Source: Octopus vulgaris (taxonomy: Eukaryota). From it: DNA of 64,000 nt. Made by a program: the position numbers and the translations under genes. The DNA lies in NCBI GenBank assembly GCA_951406725.2, contig OX597815.1, forward strand, positions 40,238,001-40,302,000, given 5' to 3'. Positions 13,100 to 29,175 of the stretch are shown here, piece by piece (the first letter of the stretch is position 1; each line of letters begins with the position of its first letter). The notes below the pieces were generated by a model. That model worked only from the letters and a program-made list of their open reading frames with translations. It ran no database searches and was not told the origin of the DNA.

Positions 13100-13306
13100 C
13101 AAAACGAAAAGGTATTGGTAACGGATTAGTAATCACTGTAGATAAATAGACCAGACTAACAAAAACGTCTTGTGATCGGTGTTGTACTCCAGGTAATCGG
13201 AAATCAAAGTCCATCATACGTCAAATTTGTAAATCCATGGTTCTGTTACCCAGTTAAGATGGTATGTTTCTATAGAATGATAGACAGAAATAATGGGTTT
13301 ATACAT

Positions 13307-13337
<31 letters not shown>

Positions 13338-13341
13338 TTAT

Positions 13342-13866
13342 AGGCTGTTTCGAATAACATGTTTGGCTGAGTTCAAAGTCCAATCTTATAAATTGATCGA
13401 GCGACCAACTGAAATATATATATATATAATATGATGGTACTGGAAGAGTACCAGCTTTGCTAGAGATAGACGTCAACTGACTTCGGAAGACACAGAGAGC
13501 TCCCTTTACGAACAAGCGTGGTGAAAATCAGGCAAGGAATAAAAAATTAGGCTCCTACCTTTGCGAAGGTCGCAGAGAAGCAACATGGTGAGGGGAATAT
13601 GTTTAAATGTGACTTCTCTCGCAGTAAGCTTAACTGAAGATGAGATAAGAATATTTAATTCAGAGCCCGAAACCTGTATTTAGCTATTTCCTATTTCCTC
13701 TACGACCTTCGCAAAGGTAGGAGCCTAATTTTTATTTCTTACCCGATTTCCACCATGTAAGGTGAACTCTCTGTGGCTCTCGGAGTCATTTGATTTCTAT
13801 CTCTAGCAAATCCAGTACCATCGTATTTTTTAAACTTGCCTGCACGGTTCACGTTTTGAATAGCCA
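13342..13866. mobile_element. Fold-back (MITE-like) element
   Basis: Inverted arms ~13430-13580 / 13695-13830 with a near-perfect core AAAAATTAGGCTCCTACCTTTGCGAAGGTCG. Confidence 0.7.
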
Positions 13867-13916
13867 CTAATATTATTAATTTTCTTATTAATAATGTGTG
13901 TGTGTGTGTGTGTGTG

Positions 13917-13957
<41 letters not shown>

Positions 13958-14568
13958 GTACGCGCATGCACACAAAATCTATCCAATCTGAGCTACCGCA
14001 AAGCAGACTGGAAATCAATTGAGAAAGAGATCACCAAACGGGACAATCCCAATGTCTCTCTACACCTGACATAGACATGAAATTGAAAATTTTCATGTCC
14101 ATAATGCAAGCCATATGCTACATTTTTGTCCCAGAGAGAAGGGCCACTGCACATAAAAAAAAAAAAGATTCCCAAGGAGGGAAAAGTTCTTATGAGACGG
14201 TATACAAAGATTGCAAACCGCCTCAACAGAGAACTCCCACCTAAAAATAGGACTGCTGGAGAAAAAATTGAAGCGCTCCCATGAGAAGGAAAGAGCAGAC
14301 AGAGATGGGTCATAAGAAATACAAAATCAAACCCTAAAACCTTCTTCAAGTACCCCCAAGGATACTGCCTCTGTGCATTGCAGGTTAGGACCACTCCTCT
14401 AAAAGGACGGCTTCCTCACTGGAAACTCAATGAGGATAAGCGAAACACTGAATGAACAATTCAAAATTGCCTTCACCCCACCCCTACGGCACATGCAAGT
14501 TAGAAAATCTGTAGAATTCTTTACAAAAGCTGAACGGGAGTCAGTGACAATTGATTACATCAACATCA

Positions 14569-14972
14569 AGGCGGCGAGCTGGCAGAAACGTTGGCACGCC
14601 GGGTGAAATGCGTAGCCGTATTTCGTCTGCCGTTACGTTCTGAGTTCAAATTCCGCCGAGGTCGACTTTGCCTTTCATCCTTTCGGGATCGATTAAATAA
14701 GTACCAGTTACACACTGGGGTCGATGCAATTGACTTAATCCGTTTGTCTGTCCTTGTTTGTCCCCTCTGTTTGGCCCCTTGTGGGTAGTAAGGAAATAGG
14801 TATTTCGTCTGTCTTTACGTTCTGAGTTCAAATTCCGCCGAGGTCGACTTTGCCTTTCAGCCTTTCGGGGTCGATAAATTAAGTACTAGTTGCGCACTGG
14901 GGTCGATATAATCGACTTACCCCCTTGTTTGTCCCCTTCTATGTTTAGCCCCTTTTGGGCAATAAAGAAGTA
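14569..14972 (+). mobile_element. tRNA-derived SINE (family S1, duplicated core) inserted in the LINE
   Basis: GGCGGCGAGCTGGCAGAA head; core GTCGACTTTGCCTTTCATCCTTTCGGG present twice; ~20-bp TSD ACAATTGATTACATCAAYATC. Confidence 0.88.
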
Positions 14973-15512
14973 AGTAACAATTGATTACATCAATATCGAA
15001 GAAGAGGATGTAATACTGGCAATAGATGATGTAGATGCAAACTCAGCTGCTGGCCCCGATGGATTCCCAGCAATCCTTCTCGAGTCATGCAAATGAATCT
15101 TTGCAAAAGCATTACAGTTTCTTTTTCAGAACTTCCTCACGAATGGTAAGCTCCCAGACAAACAAAAGGAGGAAATATGCCCTATCCATAAAGGAAGAAA
15201 TAGAGCAAAGGCTAAAAACTATAGGCCTATCTCTAACTTCACACATCAGCAAAGTCGTGAAACGAATAGTCCGAAGGAAATTAATTGCAACCCTTGAAGA
15301 GAATGACTTGCACGGTTTCCGACCAGGTAGAAACTGCCAGGCACAGCTCTTGCAACATTACGACTGGGTGTTAAAGCAGCTGCTCAACAACTCAAATGTG
15401 GACGTGATATACCTCGACTTTGAAGAAGCTTTTGACAAAGTCGACCATGGTATGATTTGTCACAAGATGCGTAATATTGGCATAGTTGGAAAACTTGGAG
15501 AATGGCTACATG

Positions 15513-15680
15513 CATTAGCGTAGCCAGCGGGGGCGGGGGCGATAGGAGCAGTCTGCCCCGGGCAGTACTTTTAAAGGGGTGGCACTTTTGGGTCTGCTCT
15601 ACGTAATATGTAATTGTGGGGTCCGGAGGCGGCAAACGGAAGGGTAGCCCCGGGTGGCACACACTCTGGCTACGTTAGTG
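15513..15680. mobile_element. 168-bp hAT-type MITE inserted in the LINE RT
   Basis: 15-bp TIRs CATTAGCGTAGCCAG / CTGGCTACGTTAGTG; perfect 8-bp TSD GCTACATG. Confidence 0.9.
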
Positions 15681-16439
15681 GCTACATGACTTTCTAAAAT
15701 ATAAACGTCAGGTAGTGGTGGTCAACGAGGTCACCTCCAAGGAAACACAAATAATGAGTGATGTTCCATATGGCACTGTCTTAGGGCCGCTGCTATTCAT
15801 AGTGGCCCTCTCTGACATGCCTTCAGCTGCTCAAGTAGCTACCCTTGCTAGCTATGCAACCGATACAAAAGTCTCTCAGAGGATACAGAACCCTGGAAAC
15901 GTTGCGTATCTACAACGTCAGTTGGACGCAATATACAAGTGGGCCGAGGAAAATAACATGTTTAATGTTGAAAAATTCCAAAACCTGCATCACCAACACA
16001 TAAAGCTCAATGAAAAGTAGATAGGATACACTGGCCCAGGAGGGATTGCAATCCCTGAATCAAAATCAGTGCGTGACCTGGGTATCGACAAAAGTAATAC
16101 TGCATCTTTCCAGGTGCATATTACCAGTTTGGCAATAAAATGCAGACCGCTTCGCTGGATGGATCCTTCAAATTTTCAAAACGAGAAAAAAAGAAATCCT
16201 GATGGTCCTTTGGAGGACCTTCGTCCTCAGCCGTCTGGATTACTGCTCCCAACTGTGGTCATCAAACTGTGTAAAATTAACGACAGAACTCGAGGCGATC
16301 CCGCGAAGCTACACAAAGAAGATCGGCACAATGCAACCTACCTCAAAGCAAGAAACAGATGAGGGCAGCAACGTCAAACTCCCTCATCCAACAATTGTCA
16401 CATATCAGGGGAGGTTTAGTGAAAGTGTAGCAAAGTAAA

Positions 16440-17099
16440 CGGCGGTGCCCCAGCATGGGCGCAGTCCTCGGACTAAAACTAAAAGCGAAAAACAGAAATA
16501 TATGTGTGTATGTGTGTATGTGTGTGTCTCCTTCTCTTTCTGTCTGTCCCAGCACTACCGCTTGACAACCGGTGTTGGAGTGTTTGCGTCCCCGTAACTT
16601 AGCGGTTTGGTAAAAGAGTCCGATAGAATAAGTACCAGGCTTTAAAAAAAAAGAATGAATGCTGAAGTCGATTCATTCGACTAAAAATTCAAGGCAGTGC
16701 CCCAGCATGGCTGCAGTCTAATGAATGAAACAAGTAAAAGATAAAAGATTTATATATTTATTTCTTTGTTTTGTGATAAGACAAAAATTCGGTCAATTTT
16801 AACTGGTATTACAAGCTGTTGGCACTTAGCGGTTCGGCAAAAGAAACCGATAGAATAAGTACTGGGCTTACAAAGAATAAGTCCCGGGGTCGATTTGCTC
16901 GACTAAAGGCGGTGCTCCAGCATGGCCGCAGTCAAATGACTGAAACAAGTAAAAGATAAAAGATAAAAGATAAAGATATATATATATATAGATATATATA
17001 TAAAATTATATATATATCTGTGTCTTCTGCTCTAGCCCCAGGCCGACCAATGCCTTGTGAGTGAATTTGGTAGATGGAAACTGAAAGAAGTCTGTCGTA

Positions 17100-17154
<55 letters not shown>

Positions 17155-17351
17155 TTGTCCCCCTAGCATTGCTTGACAACCGATGCTGGTGTGTTTTCGT
17201 CCCCGTCACTTAACGGTTCGGCAAAAGAGACCGATAGAATAAGTACTGGGCTTACAAAGAATAAGTCCCGGGGTCGATTTGCTCGACTAAAGGCGGTGCT
17301 CCAGCATGGCCGCAGTCAAATGACTGAAACAAGTAAAAGATAAAGATAAAA

Positions 17352-17353
<2 letters not shown>
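16440..17353 (+). mobile_element. Cluster of partial SINE family S2 copies
   Basis: Repeated tail CTTAGCGGTTCGGCAAAAG...GGTGCTCCAGCATGGCCGCAGTCAAATGACTGAAACAAGTAAAAGA at ~16600, 16825 and 17208. Confidence 0.85.
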
Positions 17354-17858
<505 letters not shown>

Positions 17859-19225
17859 ACACTATTAAACAGTATTTATTTGGTATACCAAAAAAATTTC
17901 ACCACTTATTTGACCGTTATTTTCTGTTTTTATTCAAATCCTATGATTTAAAAAAAACTGTGGGGGAGTGTATGTATGTATATATGTGTAACTAGCAGTT
18001 TGTTTATAAATACTTTTTTTCTTTTCATTTGGGCGATGTTTCAAGGATCTCTTGGTCTCAAATGTTACATTCTTACGTAACTACAAAGTCCACCCATAAT
18101 ACGCAAGCTTCCTTACATACCTACACATACACGCACACAGACACACACACATACTTGAAAATAGTCAAGGCTGCTCTCTTACTATTCATCCATATTGCAG
18201 GGCCTTTACCTCTGCTCTTTCACTGCTTCCCTCACCCTCTTAGTTGGATCATTGCCAATAGCTTGTTATACCAGTTAAAACTGACCGAATTTTTGTCTTA
18301 TCACAAAACAAAGAAAATTATCAGTTTTCTTAATGAGACAGGCTTTGTGAGTGGAGTTCTTTGTTTACTTTCTTATTTAAGTGCAAGTTGCAACATAGAA
18401 AATCAGAGAATAGGTGTTGTGACAAATATAAAATAAATGCATTTTTCAGTGCTATTTTTATGAATTAAAAATAATCGGTTAGATAAAACGCTGAACTTTA
18501 ATAATTAATGCTAATGAATATTTAGATCTGAGCTCTGTCTGAAACTAAAATTCTATCAAATTCAACTTTCTCCATTATCTATTTAAATTGTATTTCGTTC
18601 GAGGTCATATAATAATGAGGCAGTAGTGAGTGGGTGGTTATGATCGTATATGTACATATGCACTCGTGTATATACATGTGCGTTTATGTTTATATTTGGG
18701 AAAGAATGTGTCATAAGAGAGAGTGAAAAGGAAAATGACAATGATGTACCTGTTGGTACTTCAGATAATGAAGTGTCAATTAAAAATAGATTTCTGCGAT
18801 ATCTCTTACCCTCCCCCTCTCTTTCTCAATCTCCCTCCTCTCTCTCTCTTTCTCTCTCTCCCGTACGCGCGCGCGCGAATGGGTGGTATGCGATGTTTCT
18901 TTTCACAAAACCTATGAATGTTCTAGAAGTGTATTCTTCTAGGTCAAGGATCCCGTCCGTTATTCTCTTTACATCGACTCCAGACATTTACAAAAATAAA
19001 AATAGTATTCATGTTAATAGCGATTTCAAATTTTGGCATAAGGCCAGCAATTTGGAGAAGAGGGGAATAAATCGATACCATTGAATCATTACTTGACTGG
19101 TACATTTGAATGTACCTCGGCGGGATATGAACTCAGAACGCAAAGCGCTGGATCAAATATTTTCCAACTCTTTAACGATTCCACCAGTCTGGAAAAGAAA
19201 ACATCATATATAATATAGATTTAAA

Positions 19226-19615
19226 ATTCTAACACAAGGTCAGCAATTTGAGGAGAGGGGTGAGTCGATTACATCGACTCCAGTGCTCAACTGGTACTCA
19301 TTTTATCGACCCCGAAAGGATGAAAGGCAAAGTCGACCTCGACGGAATTTGAACTCAGAACACAAGGACGGGCGAAATACCTATTTCTTTACTACACACA
19401 AGGGGATAAACACAGAGAGGACAAACAAGGGGACAGACAAACGGATTAAGTCAATTACATCGACCCCAGTGCGTAACTGGTACTTATTTAATCGACCCCG
19501 AAAGGATGAAAGGCAAAGTCGACCTCGGCGGAATTTGAACTCAGAAAGTAGCGGCAGCCGAAATACCGCTAAGCATTTCGCCCGTCGTGCTAACGATTCT
19601 GCCAACTTGCCACCC
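19226..19615 (-). mobile_element. SINE family S1 copy (dimeric core)
   Basis: Reverse complement of 14569-14972; partial or degenerate copies at ~6110-6222, 19025-19190, 24890-25070 and 31648-31855. Confidence 0.85.
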
Positions 19616-20695
19616 TAACATTGTACAAAATATACTAAGATCAAATGCATGATAATAAATTAACATACCTGCCAACTGCGCTTTCCCCTGATAAACAATA
19701 AAAAAAAGATGACATCATAAATAGGATAAATGTATTTGATGTGCATTAACAAAATTGACACTAAGTGTCTGATAAAACTGACACTAAGTTTACGTTTTAG
19801 ACAATTTCTCAATGATACCATGTGCTGTATAAATCTATCCTTGAAAGTGTTTCCCGTTAGCCGGATATAATTGGTGCTCTGTCAACATCAGAGATATCAG
19901 TTCCTTGCAAGGCATCTATTATACAGCGAGTAGTTGATGCGGGATCTACAGTTACACAGCTATTGTGAAGGTGGAAATCCTGTTTTGGGCAGGCAACTGT
20001 AATTAACTTTATCGAATTTCTGTTATAGACTGCAAACGATATCCATAATCTAGCCTATATGGCTAGGTACGCGTGCGCACCACCTTAAAAAGGATTGAAC
20101 GATCGCTTAAACTTCTACAAATAACTGTCTGGTCTCCCTCGAACTACACATACAATAGCCTTCAGAATGAAGGATACATTGAATAATATATTCCTAATAT
20201 ACATAAAACAGGATGATCATGGTTGGAATGCTTTATATGATAAGTTGTTGATCAGACCTAATGTGAGACTATACATAGAGAATAATTTCCTACATAAAAC
20301 AAAACATACAAATTTGCACACACACTGACATGCACAAATACCCTGTTGATGTTGAAATTCTAATGAAGGAACCTTCGATCTAGGTTAAAAACCGGCTTCA
20401 TTGAAAATAGGCACATAAAGTCGTCCATGTTATATCTTTACTGTTTTCTGCTTGTACGTGCACACACAGAAAAATAGAGAAAACTCATACTGCGGACGTC
20501 TATAATTTGATGGCCCATCTTTGATACAAACACACACACTGATTCTGTCTGAGGTTTACTTTAAAGGTGTAAACGTTTGTGGTATACTCAACCAACTATT
20601 GATTTAATGAGTAAATAGTTTTGCGAGTCACTATTTTACTTTTATTATATTGACTTTCTCCTGCATCCTTCCTGGTAAAATGGAATAAAACTAAG

Positions 20696-21109
20696 GGATC
20701 TTTTCGGTTTGACTGGCAGTTTTTAAAAATAATTTCCACGTAACTAAACACTTTTAAACTTCGTATACTGGTAGAATGTGTTTATAAAACATCTTTTTCT
20801 CTTGGCTTTATTGAGAAAATTCTATAGTTGTAAGATATTTGTTGTTTTTTTTTTTCAATTTCTGCAATTTCAACCAATCAATGACGTCTATGGAGGTGAA
20901 AACATTATGTGCCGTATGAATATGTCCCTCGTTTAAGAAACAGATTGGGTTTATTTACATTTGTGAAGAAAAAAGATACCCTTCCCCCACTCCTAACCTT
21001 AACCCTAAAACAGATTGAAATGCAATAGATCGATACTAGGGTCATAATTATGGGTGACAATTTCATATGACACCGCTAGAAAAAACTGCCGTTCAAACCG
21101 AAAAGATCC
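20696..21109 (-). mobile_element. MITE family A, copy 6
   Basis: TIRs; 8-bp TSD AAACTAAG. Confidence 0.93.
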
Positions 21110-21447
21110 AAACTAAGGACTAATTTTTTGCACAAGTTGTTATCTGATCCTCTTACCCATTCTGCTATGTGACTTTATTTTTCGAAACAATTTGTCAGCT
21201 GCTAAACTACATAACTATCAAAGCAATGAACATGTTATGAAGTGTGTGTCAAACCAGAAGGTAGTGTAACGTGTAATGAATTGTCACTGACAGAATTGTC
21301 AAATGTATGTTACAATACATCTATCGTTCATAAACAGAATGAGATGTGACCTTTCACCTTTAAAATATTTGAACGATGCATGGTCTTTTGAAAATTTGCT
21401 TAATATGTAAAGGTCGAAGGATTTGTTGTGTCGTTTGGGTGTTGGGT

Positions 21448-21488
<41 letters not shown>

Positions 21489-22179
21489 TGAATAAATTTT
21501 TATACAACGAAATGAAAACAGAGACAATAAATAAAAAGAATGATCGAAATAAAATATCGGAGCCTAGAAGCCATTATATATACAAAGTTAAAGGTTGAAG
21601 TTTTAACTCCAGCTTTTGTTATATCTGTCTTTTATTAATCCTAGGTTTATATAAATAAATATCACTCATATCATGGAAATGATTCGATCGATCAATCAAG
21701 CACTAACAGACTTTTCCATAAATTAAGTTTGGGCGCCGTCCAGATGGATGAAGTCTGATATATCAGGCTGGTTCTTTTTCAGAGAAGAGTGTGGATTATG
21801 ATATTTTTTGGCTTAACGTTTCTCTTCGCTGAAGTGAAACTATCAGTTTCAAGATAAGGCTCTACATAGAGCTTTTGTTAAGGTTGCTAGTTCCCTATGC
21901 AAGATGAATTTCGGTGCCCTTACACGTACAGTTGTTCTTCTCTCAAGGAGTAAAATCTGCAAATGTAGAAATAAATCTTTGTTGTATCTCAGGAGGGTCT
22001 TTAGTAGCATTAGTAGCCGTCTTAGTAGCATTATAGGCCACTTGGTAACCAAATGCACTAGCCCCTATAGTATATATTTACCGCCAACTAGCCACAGCAT
22101 ACATAGATCAGAATTGGATTCCTAGACCCGTGAGGCCCCTGGGCAATAGCCCAGAGTGCCCATGCTTTAAGGCGGTACT

Positions 22180-22439
22180 GGTCATTATGCCAATAATAAA
22201 CACACGCATTGGTTCTATTTCACTTCATTCATTATTATTAGTCAATTAGTTAACCATTTAACCAATTAACTAATCGGTTGCTTGATTAATCGTTTGGTCA
22301 ATCAATCAGCCAACTTTGTCAAAGTCCTTCGTTGCCATTTGTGGCCTCATCAATGACATATCCTATCTTCTCCGATTAATATTGTGAAAATAGAAGTGAA
22401 ATAGAACCGGGGCGTGTGTTTATTATTGGCGTAGTGACC
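22180..22439. mobile_element. MITE with ~46-bp TIRs
   Basis: GGTCATTATGCCAATAATAAACACACGC...TTCTATTTCACTTC mirrored by GAAGTGAAATAGAA...GCGTGTGTTTATTATTGGCGTAGTGACC. Confidence 0.8.
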
Positions 22440-22649
22440 CTCCTGAGACACCAACAAATTTGTTTCAATATACGAATTCACATCAAGAATCTTACAAACC
22501 AAATACAAAAACGAAATAGAAATATAGTGTTTATTACAATTAATTAAATGGAAGAATAAGATATTTTATTTCATTCCTTATTTTCACATATTACCCCTTG
22601 TATATGGAAAATCCCAATCGTTATGTGATGCTCCCAAACGACAGCCTTC

Positions 22650-24720
<2,071 letters not shown>

Positions 24721-25069
24721 TACGGAGGAGAGAGAGAAACACTTGCTAGTAAGTGTTCCTCTCTCCTTCAAAATTTTCAGCTTAGAGGTGCATGATTAAA
24801 ACAGGTCCATTCACTTGTGCCATTTTCGCTTTATTCTATGTGAATCTCCACATCTTATATATGTCTTTGTACATTCCCTCACCCGTCACCCTGAGCTGGC
24901 ACAATTGTTAGCACGCCGGGCAAAAGTCTGAGTTCAAATTCCACCGAGGTCGACTTTGCCTTTCATCCTTTCGGAATCGGTAAAATAAGTACCAATCGAG
25001 TACTGAGGTAGATGTAATCGACTAGACCCCACCCACAAAATTTCAGTCCTTGTGCCTATAACAGAAAGG

Positions 25070-25129
<60 letters not shown>

Positions 25130-25503
25130 GTTGTTGTTATTATTATTTATTATACTTTAGAAGAGATTGCATTGCATAGGCAAAAATAAAGAGTTCAAAA
25201 ACAATGTCCAGTCACTTGACACAACTGACACGTGTCTTTGGTGTTTTGTTGTTTGTTGTCAACTAAAAAAGGTCAAAGTTCAACTCAGACAGGATGTCAA
25301 ATGTGTATAAAAATTGTTGATTATTACAAACAGACGCACACACGCAGGTGCACACATACTCTCTCAAACAATATACATGCACACACACACACATACATAC
25401 ATACATACAAACATACATACATACATACATAGGATATGATTATTCTTAATAACAAGGACTACAAACTAAATATAGTACTCAATATGTGAAGTAATGATTA
25501 ATA

Positions 25504-26023
25504 CCGTAAATCTTCGAGTATAATCCGCCCCCCCCCCCAATTTAAAGGTCAAAATCCCTAGTGCGTACTATATACGAGGTTAAAAAAAAAAAATATTTTC
25601 TAAGCAACGTCCGAGTCTCTATTTATTGTCCGGTAATGTTTATTCAGACGCATTTTGTGATGTCGGGCGCGAAAATACCTTAAGCTAAGCCTGAAAGCAA
25701 TGAAGTCATAAAAGAATCATCCATAACTTGCAGTAAGCAACATTTATTAAAATAAAAGTATTCAGAACACAGAATAACATTGTAACAAAAACAATTTGCA
25801 AACATATTTACATTCCCATATAACAGTTAAGAACATCACGATTATCGTATTACGCATGCGCGGAAGTGTTTGTTCGACTAGGTGCTGCTGGTTTAATTAC
25901 GCACGACTCAAGTTAGAGAAGGAGTGCGTATTATACGCAAGGTTTAGGTTTTTCAGAGGTACAACCCCCTAAAAATCCCCTGCGTATTATGCTCAAGGGC
26001 GGACTATACTCGAAGATTTACGG
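25504..26023. mobile_element. Tc1/mariner-pogo type MITE
   Basis: TIRs CCGTAAATCTTCGAGTATAATCCGCCC / GGGCGGACTATACTCGAAGATTTACGG flanked by TA. Confidence 0.88.
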
Positions 26024-26883
26024 TATTTATTTTTATATGATAACCTTAAACTTTCGCTAAGTCCACAGCTACTATGAATTTAGAAGGGTTTCAAACACAG
26101 CACGCCCTTTCGGATTCCAGTTGCCAATGGATAGTCAAATATAATTAGCTCCTGCTATGCATATTAATGATAGAAAAGAGAAAGCTCATGGTTTGCTTTA
26201 TAAAGTTATTTTCCTTACATAAATACACATTTTGCAAATACAACCACATTATGCAGAATATAGAAGAAGAAAAAAAGGTTGTATTCTTTGAATGAATATA
26301 CTTGAATGTGTTTTCAACAGGCTAGTCGCCAGTTGCTTCATAATATTCTGGATGGGCACTAACTTGTAATAATACTAAAGTGGAGTTCAGTACCCAAGAT
26401 ACGCTTTCAGCTTCATACCTTATTAGTGGATCAACAAATGATCGCGATATCAGGGACTATAAAATCTGCAAGACGTCCTTAAGATTCAAAGGACGGTGAA
26501 CAAAACAAGATGCTTTCCTTCCTAACCTTCCTACCAAAGTTTACTCTAAATTAAAAAGAGAAAGGGAACATACATACATAGACCATAAAAAGTAAGGAGA
26601 TATGAGAGGTGAATATATTTATTTATTTCGGATATCAAGTGGCTAAATAAGTACATTCACCTCTCATACCTTCTGACCGTTTATGCTCTATATATTCCTC
26701 ATGCAATAATTTAATAGATCGGATCTACTGGATTTCAGCTGCATAGAACTCTACATACACCTCTATATTGAAGTGGTATGGTAGCCAGTCCACTAGAGGA
26801 GCTTTCTGTGATTGCCACAGGATTCCAGGCATCTATATATTGCATTACAAATACATACATACGTACAGACGTACGTACGTATG

Positions 26884-27290
26884 GGATCTTTGCGGTTTGA
26901 ACGGCAGCTTTTTCTAGCGGTGTCATATGAAATTGTCACCCATAAGTATGACCCTAGTATCGATCTATTGCATTTCAATCTGTTTTAGGGTTAGGGGTGG
27001 GGGGAAGGGTATATTTTTTCTTCACAAATGTAAATAAACCCAATCTGTTTATTAAACGAGGGACATATTCATACGGCACAGAATGTTTTCACCTCAATAG
27101 ACGTCAGTGATTGGTTGAAATTGCAGAAATTGAAGAAAAAACAACAAATATCTTACAAACTATAGAATTTTCTCAATAAAGCCAAGAGAAAAAGATGTTT
27201 TATAAACACATTCTACCAGTATACGAAGTTTAAAATTTTTTAGTTACTTAGAAATTATGTTAAAAACTGCCGTTCAAACCGTAAAGATCC
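26884..27290 (+). mobile_element. MITE family A, copy 7
   Basis: TIRs; 8-bp TSD TACGTATG. Confidence 0.93.
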
Positions 27291-27789
27291 TACGTATGTA
27301 CACACACACACACACATACATACATACATACATACATACATACATACATACATACATACATACATACTCTGACTATAAATTCTCATTTGTACCTACGATC
27401 ATAGATGCATTAGTCTATGTGCCAACAAATTTACATAAAAACCTAGAAATACTAGATTTTTTTTAAGAAAGAGCAACAGAAATTGACGCAGCGAAGCTTT
27501 GTAAGATATTCCTAAGATTCTCAAATCTGAGATTCTTTACGTGAATAGATGTACACACTTAGGGGTGTGCACCGACAGCTCAACCAACACACCTACTCAA
27601 TCATATATTTACAAACACCAGAAACTCTCTGAATCGCTTTGTTAGCGAGCGGTTTAAACTCTCTTAAGAACTTAAATAAAACTCCAAGAAAAAAAATATA
27701 TGCATAAATACATGCATTATTACAAATAGACAGGCACTGGAATGAAATTTGGTGAGTCCAAGAGTACATTTTTAACAATAGAATGTGGA

Positions 27790-28095
27790 AAAGTTGTGCC
27801 CTCCTCTGAAGACCTAAGATTGAACGGCTTGACAATCCAATCCCTCTAAAGTCATATGACAATTATCGGTATCTTGGACAAGACGAGAATATCAGATGTG
27901 ATGGACCCATAAAAAGGAGAGGATCAGGAATGAATACCTCAGGAAAGTCAAGAGAATATGGTCATCAGAACTCTCAGCTTACAGCAAGCCATATCACCCA
28001 CAACGTCTTTGAAGTACTTGTCCTCATGCCTACGTTTGGCCTTCTGAACTGGCTACAACGATAACTCAATGAGATGGATGCTCGAACTCGCAAGA
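27790..28095 (+). mobile_element. R4/Dong-like RT fragment
   Basis: YRYLGQDENI..DGPI...RIRNEYLRKVKRIWSSELSAYSK...HNVF...PTFGLLNW...MDARTRK. Confidence 0.7.
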
Positions 28096-28469
28096 GACCA
28101 GTAACCAAACACACACACAAAGCTTTGGCCAAAATTGGCCCATGACATGTCTAATATATGTCAGTGCGCGCACTATACAAAAAAAATTCAATAAAGATTG
28201 TCTCGAACGAAAGGTGGAAATCCGGAAATGACAGATAACAGTGAGTCATGTTTAAATCTCCGCCTATTGATAAGCTCGGCGAATGAAAATGACTCATGTT
28301 GTATGACGTCATCCGACGCAAGGAGATACGGGCGAGTGTGTTGTTACTATTGAAGATGTTATTCACCGAAGTCACTGAGGAGTGAACTTGCGTGTTGAAA
28401 CATGTTGACAGTCAATTGTAAATATTCGCGCCATATATGGAAAACGTCGAGTCTTTTTATGTAGTCGCG

Positions 28470-29000
28470 CGAAAAGCTAAAAATAGCAGCCAAATTTTCT
28501 TCAGTTCAAGGAAGGACATTGGATGACGTAGTCTTTAATAAACTCGATCAGAATAACAAACAAGATGGTCACGGTTGGAAAGCCTTTAATCATAACTATT
28601 TAATCAGGGCGAAAACAATAACTGATCGAATTATTTCTTGCTAATGAATAGAGCCTCTGTGGTCATGCGTACCTGCCTGAAATAGCAACCAAATTCCTTT
28701 CAAATCAAATCCGTCTTAAAAAGGAAGGGTACTTTAGATAATGACGGAATGGTAACGGCTGTAACGTCTTTGATCACAGCTACGCTGAATCAGCGTAGAC
28801 CGTAGACCTATACACAATTTCTCTATCACGGAGTCAAATCCCTCTCCCCATCAAAATTGCACCCTGATATCTTAAAGAAAGAACGCATTAGATAATGTAG
28901 TCCTTACACATCCTTAAAATGATGTGATGGTCAAGGCTGGAATGATTTATTTAGATTATAGTTTTTGTCGATTAGAGTCTACCTGGTTCTAAACAACAAT
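28470..29000 (+). repeat. Three tandem degenerate copies of a dispersed SINE-like repeat (S3)
   Basis: Unit AATAGCAGCCAAAT...GATAATGTAGTC...GATGGTCACGGCTGGAA...TTTGATCA; also at ~9835, 20160, 36350, 44020 and 52400. Confidence 0.6.
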
Positions 29001-29058
29001 AATATCCTAGTGTTTCGATTGTCAAATATATATCGGAAATTGTTCATTGTTGTCACGG

Positions 29059-29175
<117 letters not shown>

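Larger units (their letters stand above)
13990..16340 (+). mobile_element. Decayed CR1/L2-clade LINE reverse transcriptase with nested SINE and MITE
   Basis: HGFRPGRNC..QLL..YD, VDVIYLDFEEAFDKVDH, VPYGTVLGPLLFI, YATDTK, VRDLGI, FVLSRLDYCSQLWS; multiple frameshifts. Confidence 0.9.
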
